Assembly (NCBI GenBank): GCA_963819375.1
Contig: CAWFVU010000010.1
Span: 3,332 to 67,331 of the forward strand
Direction: 5' to 3'
From: an uncultured Pseudomonadota bacterium
Lineage (GTDB): Bacteria; Myxococcota_A; Polyangia; Fen-1088
DNA: 64,000 nucleotides
Part shown: piece after piece, positions 10,643-25,362 of the stretch
Position numbering within the stretch: the stretch's first letter is position 1
Layout of the letters: each line of letters opens with the position of its first letter
Made by a program: the position numbers and the translations under genes
The notes under the pieces: model-generated
The model's input: the letters and a program-made list of their open reading frames with translations, nothing else
What the model was told of the DNA's origin: nothing
Databases searched by the model: none

Positions 10643-11280
10643 CGCCGGAGCCAAAAATCGACGGCCGGGTGTCGCGCGCACAGCGGCTGCGCGAGTCGCG
10701 GCGTGCCGGCGTGCTGGCGGTGGCGCGGCGGATCTTCTCTCAGAAGGGGTATCACGCCACCAGCATCCACCAGATCATCGAGACGGCCGACATCGCCCGG
10801 GGGACGTTCTATCTCTACTTCGAATCCAAGCGCGCCATCTTCGACGAGCTCCTGGATGGTCTGGTGACCACGCTGCAGGCGCAGGTCAAACGGATCGAGG
10901 TCGGTGCGGACGCCGCTCCGCCGGTCGATCAGATGAACGCCACGGTGGACCGGGTCCTGAAGACGCTGCACGACAACCGCGAGATGGCGCGCATTCTGCT
11001 GCGCGAGGCGGTGGGGATCGACGTCGACTTCGATCGCAAGCTCTCCGAGTTCTACGGCCGCATCGAGGCGATGATCATGGGCGCGCTCAACACCGGGCGG
11101 CAGCTGGGCGTGGTGCGGCCGTGCGACGCCAAGGTGGTCGCGCGCTGCGTGCTCGGGAGCATCAAAGAGGTCGTGCAGTGGGCGTTCGTCGAACAGGACC
11201 CCCCGCCGACCGAGATGACGCAGATCGGGCGCGAGATGATCGCGTTCACGCTCAAGGGCTGCCTCGTTGACGGATCCTGA
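10639..11280 (+). CDS. TetR/AcrR family transcriptional regulator
   Basis: VLAVARRIFSQKGYHATSIHQIIETADIARGTFYLYFESKRAIF HTH. GTG start overlaps the TGA of the TPR gene. Confidence 0.93.
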   Translation: MTPEPKIDGRVSRAQRLRESRRAGVLAVARRIFSQKGYHATSIHQIIETADIARGTFYLYFESKRAIFDELLDGLVTTLQAQVKRIEVGADAAPPVDQMNATVDRVLKTLHDNREMARILLREAVGIDVDFDRKLSEFYGRIEAMIMGALNTGRQLGVVRPCDAKVVARCVLGSIKEVVQWAFVEQDPPPTEMTQIGREMIAFTLKGCLVDGS

Positions 11281-11626
11281 CAAGGAGACCCTCCCGGCCA
11301 CCTTCGCGCGGGTCGCCGCCATGCCCCCCGACGCCGTGCTGGCGATCTTTCGGCGCTACGGCCGGCCGCTCGCGGTGGCGATGCCGGCGCCCGCCGCCGA
11401 CGACCAGCGCGTCGTCCTCGAGTGGCCCGCCGGCGCGCCGGCCGAGGACGGGCGCGCGTCCGTCGCCTCGGCCACCGTCCGGGTCCTCCAGGTCATGGGA
11501 TACGGCGACGTCATCCCCAACGACTACTTCGTGCTGGAGATGGCCGGCGAGGAGCCCCTGGCCGTCGCCGGGCCCTTCTTCGCCGCCGCGCTCGAAGCTC
11601 TGGCGCGCGCGTCGGGCGTTGCCTAG
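11267..11626 (+). CDS. Hypothetical protein
   Basis: 119-aa ORF with host-like codon use, overlapping the tetR stop. Confidence 0.6.
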   Translation: MTDPDKETLPATFARVAAMPPDAVLAIFRRYGRPLAVAMPAPAADDQRVVLEWPAGAPAEDGRASVASATVRVLQVMGYGDVIPNDYFVLEMAGEEPLAVAGPFFAAALEALARASGVA

Positions 11627-11633
11627 GAGACGC

Positions 11634-12204
11634 CTACGCCCGCGGATGGCGGTACACCATCGCGATGCGCTGGTCCGGGCAGGGGAGGGCGCCACGCTCG
11701 CTCTCGACGAGGGCGCGGAGCTCTGGCCTCCACTCCGACTCGGAGACACTGACGAAGCCCACCCTCTCGTACCAGGGGCGGTTCCACGGGACGTGCCGGT
11801 AGGTGGTCAGCCACAGCTCCCCCCTGGGAGCGCTCCAGCGCCGGGCGAATGCCAGCAGGGACCGACCGATCCCGTGCCCCATCGCCGCCCGGCGGACCGA
11901 GAGCTGGTCGAGAAAAGGAAGCCGGTCGACCAGGCAGAGTGCGGCAAATCCGACCGGTTCGCCCGCTGGAGAACAGGCGAAGAAAAGGTTTCCGGCGCGG
12001 AGGATTCTGGTTCCAGCGCGCGACCTCGTTCAGGGCATAGGGATGGTCGGCGGGGAGCTCGATATCGAGCGCCGAGTCCAGCTCGACAAAGGCCGTGCAG
12101 GCGTCCTTGTCGATCTCGGCAGCGAGGTCGAGCTCGCTCTCCAGCGCACGCCGAATGGTCGGCCTGCTCGGCCATTGGGCCCTGGGTGTGGTGCGGCTGT
12201 CCAT
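11634..12204 (-). CDS. GNAT family N-acetyltransferase (frameshift near 12005)
   Basis: N-part MDSRTTP..IRRALESELDL. After the shift: GEPVGFAAL..FLDQLSVRRAAMGHGIGRSLL..LWLTTYRHVPWNRPWYERVGF (acetyl-CoA motif A). Confidence 0.8.
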
Positions 12205-12293
12205 GGCTCCAGAATTACGCTTCGCGGGCGGTCTGGTTACGCCGTGCAGGTGGTACGCTCGCGCAGGTCCTCTGACCGACCCCAAAAACCACG

Positions 12294-12629
12294 ATGCCCC
12301 AGCCCGAGATCCCTGACTTCGTCTCCCTGCTGCCCGACCGAATCTGGTACCTGACCCAGAGCGGCCAGGACATGTGGTGCCGGCGCCCACACGGGTTCTT
12401 CTTCACCTCGAGCCAGGCCGCGGTCGACTTTGCCGCCGCCATCGGCACCGAGCTGGACCTGCAGCCGATTGGCGTCGCCTCCAAGGAGCTGGTCTCGGAG
12501 GAGGGGATCGCGGCGATGAATCTCCTCGCCGTCACCCGGATCTTCGTCGACCCCCGGTTCGACCCGGTGACCGGCGACGTCTTCGGCCAAATCCTGCGAA
12601 TAGCCCCCAAAGCTGCGGGCATCGTGTAG
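12294..12629 (+). CDS. Hypothetical protein
   Basis: 111-aa ORF with ATG and good codon bias (MPQPEIPDFVSLLPDRIWYLT...). Confidence 0.65.
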   Translation: MPQPEIPDFVSLLPDRIWYLTQSGQDMWCRRPHGFFFTSSQAAVDFAAAIGTELDLQPIGVASKELVSEEGIAAMNLLAVTRIFVDPRFDPVTGDVFGQILRIAPKAAGIV

Positions 12630-12657
12630 TCGGGCGCCGGGTGCTCCCCCGGCAAGC

Positions 12658-12741
12658 TTGATCTTCCCCCGGCAGGTGACTAAAGTGTCCCCTGATTCAA
12701 AGACTGAAGTGTCAGTCTAGTTTTTACTGAGGTGTCAGTCT
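12658..12741 (+). promoter_or_regulatory. Sigma70-like promoter with three phased operator-like sites
   Basis: TTGATC(12658)-N17-TAAAGT(12681). Perfect palindrome AGACTGA-AGTG-TCAGTCT at 12701-12718, ACTGA-GGTG-TCAGT at 12726-12739, and degenerate ACTAAAGTGTC at 12679. Spacing 23-24 bp. AAGGAG RBS follows. Confidence 0.7.
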
Positions 12742-12760
12742 TCTCTTCAAAGGAGCATGC

Positions 12761-16456
<3,696 letters not shown>

Positions 16457-16474
16457 CCGGACGGAGGAATCACA

Positions 16475-18245
<1,771 letters not shown>

Positions 18246-18260
18246 GCGCCCGCCGGCCAC

Positions 18261-18743
18261 ATGTTGAACGGCGAGATGCTGAGCGGATTGACAGGCAAGT
18301 TGCGCTCGCTGGCCCACCAGCAGCTGGAGGCCCGCGAGGCCGACGGCCCGCTGGTGCGGCGGCTGCGCGACGTGGTGAGCACCGTCAACGATCTGCTCGG
18401 CAAGCCGATCAGGCCAGACGCCGAGGTCGACGCCTCGGCGACTGGCGGTGGGCCGGTGATCGTCACGCCGGTCGTTCGGGAGCAGGCGCCGGTGATCGTC
18501 TACTTCGACGGCAAGGACCAGCGGACGAGGATCAAGATCGAAGAGCTGCTCAACGCTCGCGAGATCAAGTTCCGCATCCTCGACGTCACCAACGACGAGG
18601 CCGAGCGCTCCTGGGTCATCACCGCCGCCAAGAGCGAGGAGTTCCCCATCGTGGTCATCGCCGGCACACCGGTGGGCGGCTTCCACGAGCTCATGCAGCT
18701 CGACGTCACGGGCGGCCTCAAGAAGCGCGTCTTCGGCTCTTAG
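18261..18743 (+). CDS. Glutaredoxin-fold protein lacking cysteines
   Basis: C-half VIVYF...KIEELL..REIKFRILDV...FPIVVIAGTPVGGFHELMQLDVTGGL matches the Grx fold (cis-Pro, GG). No Cys anywhere. Confidence 0.7.
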   Translation: MLNGEMLSGLTGKLRSLAHQQLEAREADGPLVRRLRDVVSTVNDLLGKPIRPDAEVDASATGGGPVIVTPVVREQAPVIVYFDGKDQRTRIKIEELLNAREIKFRILDVTNDEAERSWVITAAKSEEFPIVVIAGTPVGGFHELMQLDVTGGLKKRVFGS

Positions 18744-18780
18744 AAGGCCCGTTTTCGTCCGGGGTCGAGGAGTGGCCCGC

Positions 18781-19050
18781 TCAGGGGCGACCCGCGCCCA
18801 TCCCGTACTGTGTGTCTCCACTCACCTTGGGAACGGTCGGATCGCTCTCGGGCTCGGGCGGGGGATTGAGCTCGTAGCGAATCGCGAGGAACGCCCCCGG
18901 CAGCAGCCAGATGAGGATCGTCTGGGCGATCCTCTGCGGCCTTTCGAGTGCCTGGCTCGTCAAGACCCAATACGTCGCGCGGACGTTGGACGCGAACAAC
19001 GCCAGACCGCCGACGACTCCCCCGATCTCGAGTATTACGAGACGGCCCAT
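18781..19050 (-). CDS. Small hypothetical membrane protein
   Basis: 89-aa ORF with two hydrophobic segments (QRIAQTILIWLLPGAFLAI). Confidence 0.45.
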   Translation of the reverse strand: MGRLVILEIGGVVGGLALFASNVRATYWVLTSQALERPQRIAQTILIWLLPGAFLAIRYELNPPPEPESDPTVPKVSGDTQYGMGAGRP

Positions 19051-19121
19051 GCGCCAATTTTACACCTGCAGCGCACTCCGGCGTCCGGTCGTGGACGACG
19101 CGTATGGTCAGGAAGGGAGGC

Positions 19122-19155
19122 TTGATTTAGAAGTAAAGAATCATATTCTTTACTT
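19122..19155 (+). promoter_or_regulatory. TA promoter/operator
   Basis: Perfect 11-bp inverted repeat AAGTAAAGAAT-CAT-ATTCTTTACTT (19131-19155) overlapping TTGATT-N16-TATTCT, directly before ATG 19156. Confidence 0.75.
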
Positions 19156-19392
19156 ATGAAGAGCAGTATCTCGTCCAAAGGGCAGATCACGGTGCCCATC
19201 GAGATTCGGGAGAAGCTGGGGCTCCTCCCAGGGACCGCTGTGCGTTTCGAGCTGCGGGACGGGGAGGCAGTGCTCTATAAGGCGACGCATGGTGCGCATC
19301 CGGTCGATCGTCTCTACGGGCGGCTGAAGCTCGCGCGACCCGTCGATCGGCTGTTGGACGAGATGCGGGGTCCGCGACCGCGGCGATCGTGA
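19156..19392 (+). CDS. AbrB/MazE/SpoVT-family antitoxin (VapB-like)
   Basis: MKSSISSKGQITVPIEIREKLGLLPGTAVRF swapped-hairpin motif. Confidence 0.92.
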   Translation: MKSSISSKGQITVPIEIREKLGLLPGTAVRFELRDGEAVLYKATHGAHPVDRLYGRLKLARPVDRLLDEMRGPRPRRS

Positions 19393-19802
19393 AGACCGCG
19401 GTCGACTCGTCGGTTCTTCTCGACGTGCTTGGGGCCGACCCTTCGTTCGGGCCCGCTTCACGTGAAGCGCTTCGCGCAGCTTTTGACGGCGGAGCGTTGG
19501 TTGCCTGCGACGTCGTCTGGGCAGAGGTCCGTGCTCACTTTCAGTCTGAAGTGGAATTTGAGGACGCCGTGCGGGACCTCGGCCTCTCGTTTTCGCCGCT
19601 GTCGCGGGAAGCCGCCCGATTGGCTGGAACCTTATGGCGCCAGCATCACAAGACCAGCCAGCGGCCGCGGTTTCGCGTCGTGGCGGACTTCCTGATCGGC
19701 GCTCACGCGCAGGTCGAGGCGGATGTTCTCCTGACCCGCGACCGAGGCTTCTTTCGCAGATACTTCAAAGGACTGAAGCTCCGGCAACCCGGCGCCGGCT
19801 AA
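19389..19802 (+). CDS. vapC: PIN-domain VapC-family toxin
   Basis: AVDSSVLLD, VVWAEV, VADFLIGAHA, LLTRDRGF carry the acidic PIN residues. GTGA overlap with the antitoxin. Confidence 0.9.
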   Translation: MKTAVDSSVLLDVLGADPSFGPASREALRAAFDGGALVACDVVWAEVRAHFQSEVEFEDAVRDLGLSFSPLSREAARLAGTLWRQHHKTSQRPRFRVVADFLIGAHAQVEADVLLTRDRGFFRRYFKGLKLRQPGAG

Positions 19803-19830
19803 CGCCAAAGCGTCTAGCCGGCCACCGGCG

Positions 19831-21021
19831 TCAGTTCACCTGCGCGCAAAACGACGTGCTCTCGACGTTGACGGCGCCGCGCCAGATCTCGAAGCCGGTG
19901 AAGATGTTGGTCAGGTACCAGCTGCTCTGGATGGTGTTGGGCTGGTTCTTGACCGCGTCCTGAATGAACAGGTTCAGGTCGTACGACATCGACAGCGTCG
20001 TCTGCGTGCTGACGTAGGAGATGCAGGGGCGGGTGCCGTTGGGACCGATCCAGACGTCCCAGGTTCCGGGGACGCCCGCGATGGTGATCCCCTTCTTCAT
20101 CGCCGAGCCGCCAATCGGCTGCGCATCGGCCGGCTTGTGGTACCAGACCATCAGGTAGCCGCCCGTCGGGCCCGAGGAGTTCGGCTCTCCGGCGGGACTT
20201 GTGCTGAACCAGACGTCGTAGGTGGCGTTGTAGCTGTTGGCCGTGTCGTCGGCCAGCGTCCCGTTGTCGTTCCAGGTCCAGCTCGTCGGCACCGTGGTCA
20301 GCGCGCTCACCGCCTTGGGGAGGTTGCTGTTGCTCGTCGTGTGACGGGAGTTCGCGCCGATGAAGACGGATGGAAATCCTGTCGGCGAACCATTCGTCGC
20401 CGTGCTTGCCATCTGCGTCGTCATCTTGAAGAGGTAGTCGCCGCCGTAGCTCATCACCTGCGTGCCCTTCGAGTTCCACTCGTTCACCTGCATGAAGTAG
20501 CTGTTGTTGTCGAACGGCATCAACCCGTATTGCCCGTTGAGCGCGCCGGTCATGGTCAGCGACGCTGGCGTGCAGCCGGCAGCTGACTGGCCGCTGCCGG
20601 CGGTGCCCCCGGCCGCGGCACCGCCGGTGCCGCTATTTCCTCCGGTGGCCAGAGTGCCGCCAGATCCGGAGCTGCCGCCGGTCGCAACACCGCCAGATCC
20701 GGAGCTGCCGCCGGTCGCGGCACCGCCGGTACCGGAGCTGCCGCCGGTCGCGGCACCGCCGCTGCCGCCCGTGGCCTTGTTGCCGCCCGAGCCGGCGGAG
20801 ATGTTCCCTCCGGATCCGGTGCCGCCGGTCGCGGCGCCGCCTGATCCGCTGCCGCCTGAGCCGTTCCCGCCGCTCGCGGTGCCTGAGCCGCCCGTGGCGC
20901 CACCAATTGTTCCTCCGGTGCCGCCGCCATCTCGGGCGTTCGAACAGGCCGCGGTCGTGAGAACCAGACCAGAAAGAAACGAAAGAACGAAGCTCGGCCT
21001 CACAAGCGAATAAGGGCGCAT
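19831..21021 (-). CDS. Lipoprotein with Gly/Ser/Thr linker and GH12 (cellulase-like) domain, nucleophile Glu replaced by Tyr
   Basis: Signal [10 protein letters not shown]12 motifs [47 protein letters not shown]. Confidence 0.82.
   Translation of the reverse strand: MRPYSLVRPSFVLSFLSGLVLTTAACSNARDGGGTGGTIGGATGGSGTASGGNGSGGSGSGGAATGGTGSGGNISAGSGGNKATGGSGGAATGGSSGTGGAATGGSSGSGGVATGGSSGSGGTLATGGNSGTGGAAAGGTAGSGQSAAGCTPASLTMTGALNGQYGLMPFDNNSYFMQVNEWNSKGTQVMSYGGDYLFKMTTQMASTATNGSPTGFPSVFIGANSRHTTSNSNLPKAVSALTTVPTSWTWNDNGTLADDTANSYNATYDVWFSTSPAGEPNSSGPTGGYLMVWYHKPADAQPIGGSAMKKGITIAGVPGTWDVWIGPNGTRPCISYVSTQTTLSMSYDLNLFIQDAVKNQPNTIQSSWYLTNIFTGFEIWRGAVNVESTSFCAQVN
20655..20765 (-). repeat. 33-bp tandem coding repeat ([10 protein letters not shown][T/S])
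   Basis: CCGGAGCTGCCGCCGGTCGC recurs at 20666, 20699 and 20732, in the linker of the GH12 lipoprotein. Confidence 0.8.
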
Positions 21022-21169
21022 CGGGACTGCCTCCGGCTGGGGGTCCGGGAAACGAAGGGCGGCGCGAGAGCGCCGCGTGGACAGATTGCCTGTTCGTGCG
21101 GGCGGCGGCCAAGAAACTTCAGAGAATGCGCGAAATCGAGCCCGGGAGCGGCATGCTAACCTCCGCCCC

Positions 21170-22918
21170 CTGAAAACCGTCACCGGCAATATCGTCGGGC
21201 TCAAGCCGAGCCAGAAGCACGCCCTCGAGCGCGTCTACCGGCGGCGCCTGCAGCCCTCGGAGGTGGCGTCGGCCGAGCTGGCGACCTTCCTCGGGGCCGT
21301 GTCGCGCGAGATCGAGCGGCAGGTCGGCATCCTGGTCGACCGGCGTGGCGAGATCGAGCACGTCTTCGTGGGCGACGCCTCGCGGATCAACCTCCCGGAG
21401 ATCGGCCGCTTGCGGGCCGGGCGCGGGCGCTTCCGGGGGCTACGCCTCGTGCACACCCACCTGCGCAACGAGCCGCTGACGCGCGACGATCTCGTCGATC
21501 TGGCGCTCCTGCGGCTGGATCTGGTGGCCGCGATTGGCCTCCAACCCGACGGGCGGCCGGCGGATCTGCACGTCGCGCATCTCCTGCCGCCGCTGCCGGG
21601 GCAACCGCCTTGGCGCATCCTGCCGAGCGAACCGTTCCATCACAGCACGCTCGACGCGGTGGCGCTGACCGAGGCGCTGGAGGAGGAGTTCGAGCGGGTC
21701 GCTCCCTCGGCGGTGGCGACCGACACCCGCACGCGCGCGCTGCTGGTCGTCGTCGATCTGCGCCGCAAGCGCCCCGGTGCTCCGGCGACGTCGGGAGCCA
21801 ACGGCGCCGATCCCGGCGGGCGGGTCGCCGAATTGCGCGAGCTCTGCCGGACCGCCAACGTGCGCGTGAGCGGCGTGATGGAGCAGCGCCGCCACGAGTC
21901 CGATCCCAAGTACCTGGTCGGTCGCGGCAAGCTGGAGGAGATCTTGATCCGCGCCATGCAGGTCGACGCCAACGCGCTCATCTTCGATCCCGATCTGACG
22001 CCGGTGCAGGCGCACGCCATCGCTGACTTCACCGATCTGAAGGTGATCGACCGGACGATGTTGATCCTGGACATCTTCGCGCAGCGGGCCAAGAGCCGCG
22101 ACGGCAAGCTGCAGGTCGAGCTGGCGCAGCTCCGCTACCGCCTCCCGCGGCTGCACGAGAAGAACACCATGATGAGCCGCCTCACCGGCGGGATCGGCGG
22201 CCGCGGCCCCGGCGAGACCAAGCTGGAGGAGAACCGCCGCCGCGCCCGCGAGCGCATTCACCGGCTGGAGAAGGAGATCGATCGCTTCGGCGAGCAGCGC
22301 GCCGGGCGGCGGGCCGAGCGGGTGCGGCGCGGGCTGCCGATCGTCGCCATCGTCGGCTACACCAACGCCGGCAAGTCGACCCTGCTCAACACGCTGACCG
22401 GCAGCGAGGTGCTGGCGGAGGACAAGCTGTTCGCCACGCTCGATCCGACCACGCGCCGGCTGCGGTTTCCGCGCGAGCGGGAGATCATCCTGGCCGACAC
22501 GGTCGGCTTCATCCGGGATCTGCCGCGCGATCTGGCGCGCGCCTTTCGCGCCACGCTGGAAGAGCTGGACCAGGCCGATCTCCTGCTGCACGTGGTCGAC
22601 GCCGCCGATCCGGCGCGCGAGCAGCAGATCGCCGCGGTGGAGACGATCCTCGGCGACCTCGGCCTCGCCGAGACGCCGCGCCTTCTGGTCCTCAACAAGA
22701 TCGACCTCGTCCCCGAGGAAGAGCGGACGCAGTTGCCGCGGGGCGAACGGGGCCTTCCGGCCGTGCCGATCTCGGCGCAAGATCGGGCCACCGTGGCCCC
22801 CCTGCTGGAATCGATGGAGACGGCGCTCTGGCGCGAGGGGCGCATGGCGCGACCCGAGCATGATGGCAACGAGACGGACGTCGCGACCCCAAGCGGGACC
22901 GGGGCTCACCCGTCGTGA
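21170..22918 (+). CDS. hflX: GTPase HflX (long form with N-terminal extension); start uncertain (CTG 21170 or GTG 21077)
   Basis: [47 protein letters not shown]1 [26 protein letters not shown]. Confidence 0.96.
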   Translation: MKTVTGNIVGLKPSQKHALERVYRRRLQPSEVASAELATFLGAVSREIERQVGILVDRRGEIEHVFVGDASRINLPEIGRLRAGRGRFRGLRLVHTHLRNEPLTRDDLVDLALLRLDLVAAIGLQPDGRPADLHVAHLLPPLPGQPPWRILPSEPFHHSTLDAVALTEALEEEFERVAPSAVATDTRTRALLVVVDLRRKRPGAPATSGANGADPGGRVAELRELCRTANVRVSGVMEQRRHESDPKYLVGRGKLEEILIRAMQVDANALIFDPDLTPVQAHAIADFTDLKVIDRTMLILDIFAQRAKSRDGKLQVELAQLRYRLPRLHEKNTMMSRLTGGIGGRGPGETKLEENRRRARERIHRLEKEIDRFGEQRAGRRAERVRRGLPIVAIVGYTNAGKSTLLNTLTGSEVLAEDKLFATLDPTTRRLRFPREREIILADTVGFIRDLPRDLARAFRATLEELDQADLLLHVVDAADPAREQQIAAVETILGDLGLAETPRLLVLNKIDLVPEEERTQLPRGERGLPAVPISAQDRATVAPLLESMETALWREGRMARPEHDGNETDVATPSGTGAHPS

Positions 22919-24576
22919 GCCTGCTGGTCTGGGCCGTCGCGGTCCTGGTGCTCCTCGGCGTGCTGATCCTGGTGCACGAGCTGGGGCACTTCATCTTCGC
23001 GCGACTCTTCGACGTGAAGGTGCTGCGCTTTTCGCTGGGGTTCGGCCCCAAGCTGTTCGGCTTCACGCATCGCGAGACCGAGTACCGGCTGTCGCTGGTG
23101 CCGCTCGGCGGCTATGTCCGCCTGCTCGGCGAGGATCCGGGCGAGCCGATTCCGCCGATCGACAGGCCGCGCGCCCTGGCCGCGAAGCCCCTCTGGCAGC
23201 GCTACACGGTGGTCGTCGCCGGGCCGCTGTTCAACATGCTGCTGCCGCTGGTCATCTACTTCGTCCACTACGCGGGCCAGCGGACGTTGCTGCCGCCCAC
23301 GATCGGCACGGTCCTGCCCGACCTGCCGGCCGCCACCGCCGGGCTGCTCCCGGGCGACCGCGTGGAGACCGTGGACGGTCGTCGAGTCCGCTACTGGGAA
23401 GAGCTGGAGCGAGTCATCTCGAACTCGGCCGGCAAGACGCTGCGGTTTGCCATTCGCCGCGGGCCCGACGCGGAGGAGCGCGACGTGACGCCGATCGATC
23501 TCGAGCGGCTCGGCCCGATGCGCGCGCGCGAGCACGTCGGCTGGATCGGCGTCTCGCCCCGCTTCCACCTGCCGGAGATCGGCGTGCTCGATCCGGCGTC
23601 GCCGGCGGCGCAGGCGGGCCTGAAGACGTTCGACTTCATCACCGCCGTGGGAGGCGTTCAGGTCGGCACCTGGACCGAGTTCTCCAACGCCATCGACCAC
23701 GCCGGGGCCTCGCCGCTTCGGATCAACTATCTGCGCGGCGGCTACTCCGCGGTGCCGTTCGCGCACGTCGAGATCCAGGAGCCCGGGTCGGCGATCGTCA
23801 TCCCCACCGCCGTGTTCGACGCCGCCGGCCGCCGCCATTACGAGACCGGGATTCTCTCGGCCGAGCTGTTCGTCTTCTCCGTCGAGCCGGGCAGCCCCGC
23901 CGACCAGATCGGTCTGCGGCGCGGCGACCAGATCGAATCGCTCGACAGCGCGCCGCTCCCCCACTGGGACGTGCTGCGCGAGCGGCTGGCCGCGCATCCC
24001 GAGCGGATCTTCCGCCTCGGGTGGGTCTCGCCCGGCGGCGAGAAGCACGAGGCGACCTTCCGCCAGGAGGTCCGCTCCGAGCTCGACGTCTACCGCCAGG
24101 ACGAGCAGCACCTGATCTTCGGCGCGCTCAATCGGCTCGCCTGGAAGACCGACCCGCCCATCCCCATCACCAACCGCTTCGGCTACGCCGCCAGCCACGC
24201 CTTCGAGCGGACCGGCCAGATCATCGTGGCGATGACCTACGGGTTCGGGCAGATCGTCCGCGGACACGTCCCGCTGACGACGCTGGGCGGGCCGATCATG
24301 ATCGGCTACGCGGCCGGCGTCGCCGCCGAGCAGGGGTTCGATCAGTACCTCTGGCTGATGGCGCTCATCAGCATCAACCTCGGCCTGCTTAACTTCCTGC
24401 CGGTCCCGATCCTCGACGGCGGTCTGCTGGTCTTCTTCACGCTGGAGCTGTTCAAGCGGCAGCCGCCGTCGCCGCGGGCACGCGAGATCGCCACCTACGT
24501 CGGCCTGGTGGTGGTGGTGACGCTGATGCTGTTCGCGATGCGCAACGACGTCGTCCGCTACCTGCTTCCAAGGTAA
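22915..24576 (+). CDS. rseP: RIP metalloprotease RseP with multiple PDZ domains
   Basis: HELGH, FSLGFG, PLGGYV, AGPLFN, three PDZ-like segments and [11 protein letters not shown]. Confidence 0.95.
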   Translation: MSLLVWAVAVLVLLGVLILVHELGHFIFARLFDVKVLRFSLGFGPKLFGFTHRETEYRLSLVPLGGYVRLLGEDPGEPIPPIDRPRALAAKPLWQRYTVVVAGPLFNMLLPLVIYFVHYAGQRTLLPPTIGTVLPDLPAATAGLLPGDRVETVDGRRVRYWEELERVISNSAGKTLRFAIRRGPDAEERDVTPIDLERLGPMRAREHVGWIGVSPRFHLPEIGVLDPASPAAQAGLKTFDFITAVGGVQVGTWTEFSNAIDHAGASPLRINYLRGGYSAVPFAHVEIQEPGSAIVIPTAVFDAAGRRHYETGILSAELFVFSVEPGSPADQIGLRRGDQIESLDSAPLPHWDVLRERLAAHPERIFRLGWVSPGGEKHEATFRQEVRSELDVYRQDEQHLIFGALNRLAWKTDPPIPITNRFGYAASHAFERTGQIIVAMTYGFGQIVRGHVPLTTLGGPIMIGYAAGVAAEQGFDQYLWLMALISINLGLLNFLPVPILDGGLLVFFTLELFKRQPPSPRAREIATYVGLVVVVTLMLFAMRNDVVRYLLPR

Positions 24577-24598
24577 CAAAAGAAAAACGCAAAAAGAG

Positions 24599-25334
24599 AT
24601 GGGCGAGACGACAAGCAACGAGACGGGCGGGTTCTTTCTCTGCCTGGACACCTCGACCCCGACGGCGCGCGTGGCGATCCTCGTCAGCGACCGGGGAGCG
24701 GCCGAAGTCCGGTTCGCCACCGAGGCAACGGCCGAGCGGCACGCCGGCCACCTCCTCCCGCTCTGCGCCGAGGCGTTGCGTGCGGTCGGCGTCGCGCCGG
24801 CGGCGCTGGCAGGGATCGCCTGCGGCGGCGGCCCCGGCAGCTTCACCGGGCTTCGCGTTGGGTTGTCGACGGCCAAGGGGTTGGCCCTTCCGACGGGCGT
24901 TCCGCTCTACGTCGTCTCGTCGCTGGAGGCGCTCGCGCTCGACATTCTTGGAATGCCGCCAAACGGGACAGCCCCGTCCCCGATCACCGCGGTCCCCTGT
25001 CTCGACGCCGGAAAAGGGGAGATCTACGTCGCGGCCTACGCCGCCGATTCGGAGCGACTGGTCCGTGAAGTGGCGCCCCCGGCCCGTCTGACGCCGGCGG
25101 CGTTCGCGTCCTGGGCATCGGGGCTCGAAGGGCCCCTCGTCGCGGGCAACGGTGCGGCGCGCCACAGGGGCGCGCTCTCCGCCGCCGAGATCGTCGACGT
25201 CCCCGGCCCGACCGCCATCTCCGTGGGACGGCTGGCGCTCCTGCAGCGCGCGCGGGGAGAGTCCGCGGATCTCGGCGACCGCCGTTCCCTTCTACGGGCG
25301 ACCGCCCGACATTACTGTAAAGAAGCAGGTGTAG
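24599..25334 (+). CDS. tsaB: tRNA threonylcarbamoyladenosine protein TsaB (frameshift near 25280)
   Basis: LCLDTST, GPGSFTGLRVG, VSSLEALA, DAGKGEIY. The C-terminal AVPFYGRPPDIT is in a second frame. Confidence 0.9.
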
Positions 25335-25362
25335 GAGAGCCGGTCTCACGTATCATGCGCCC

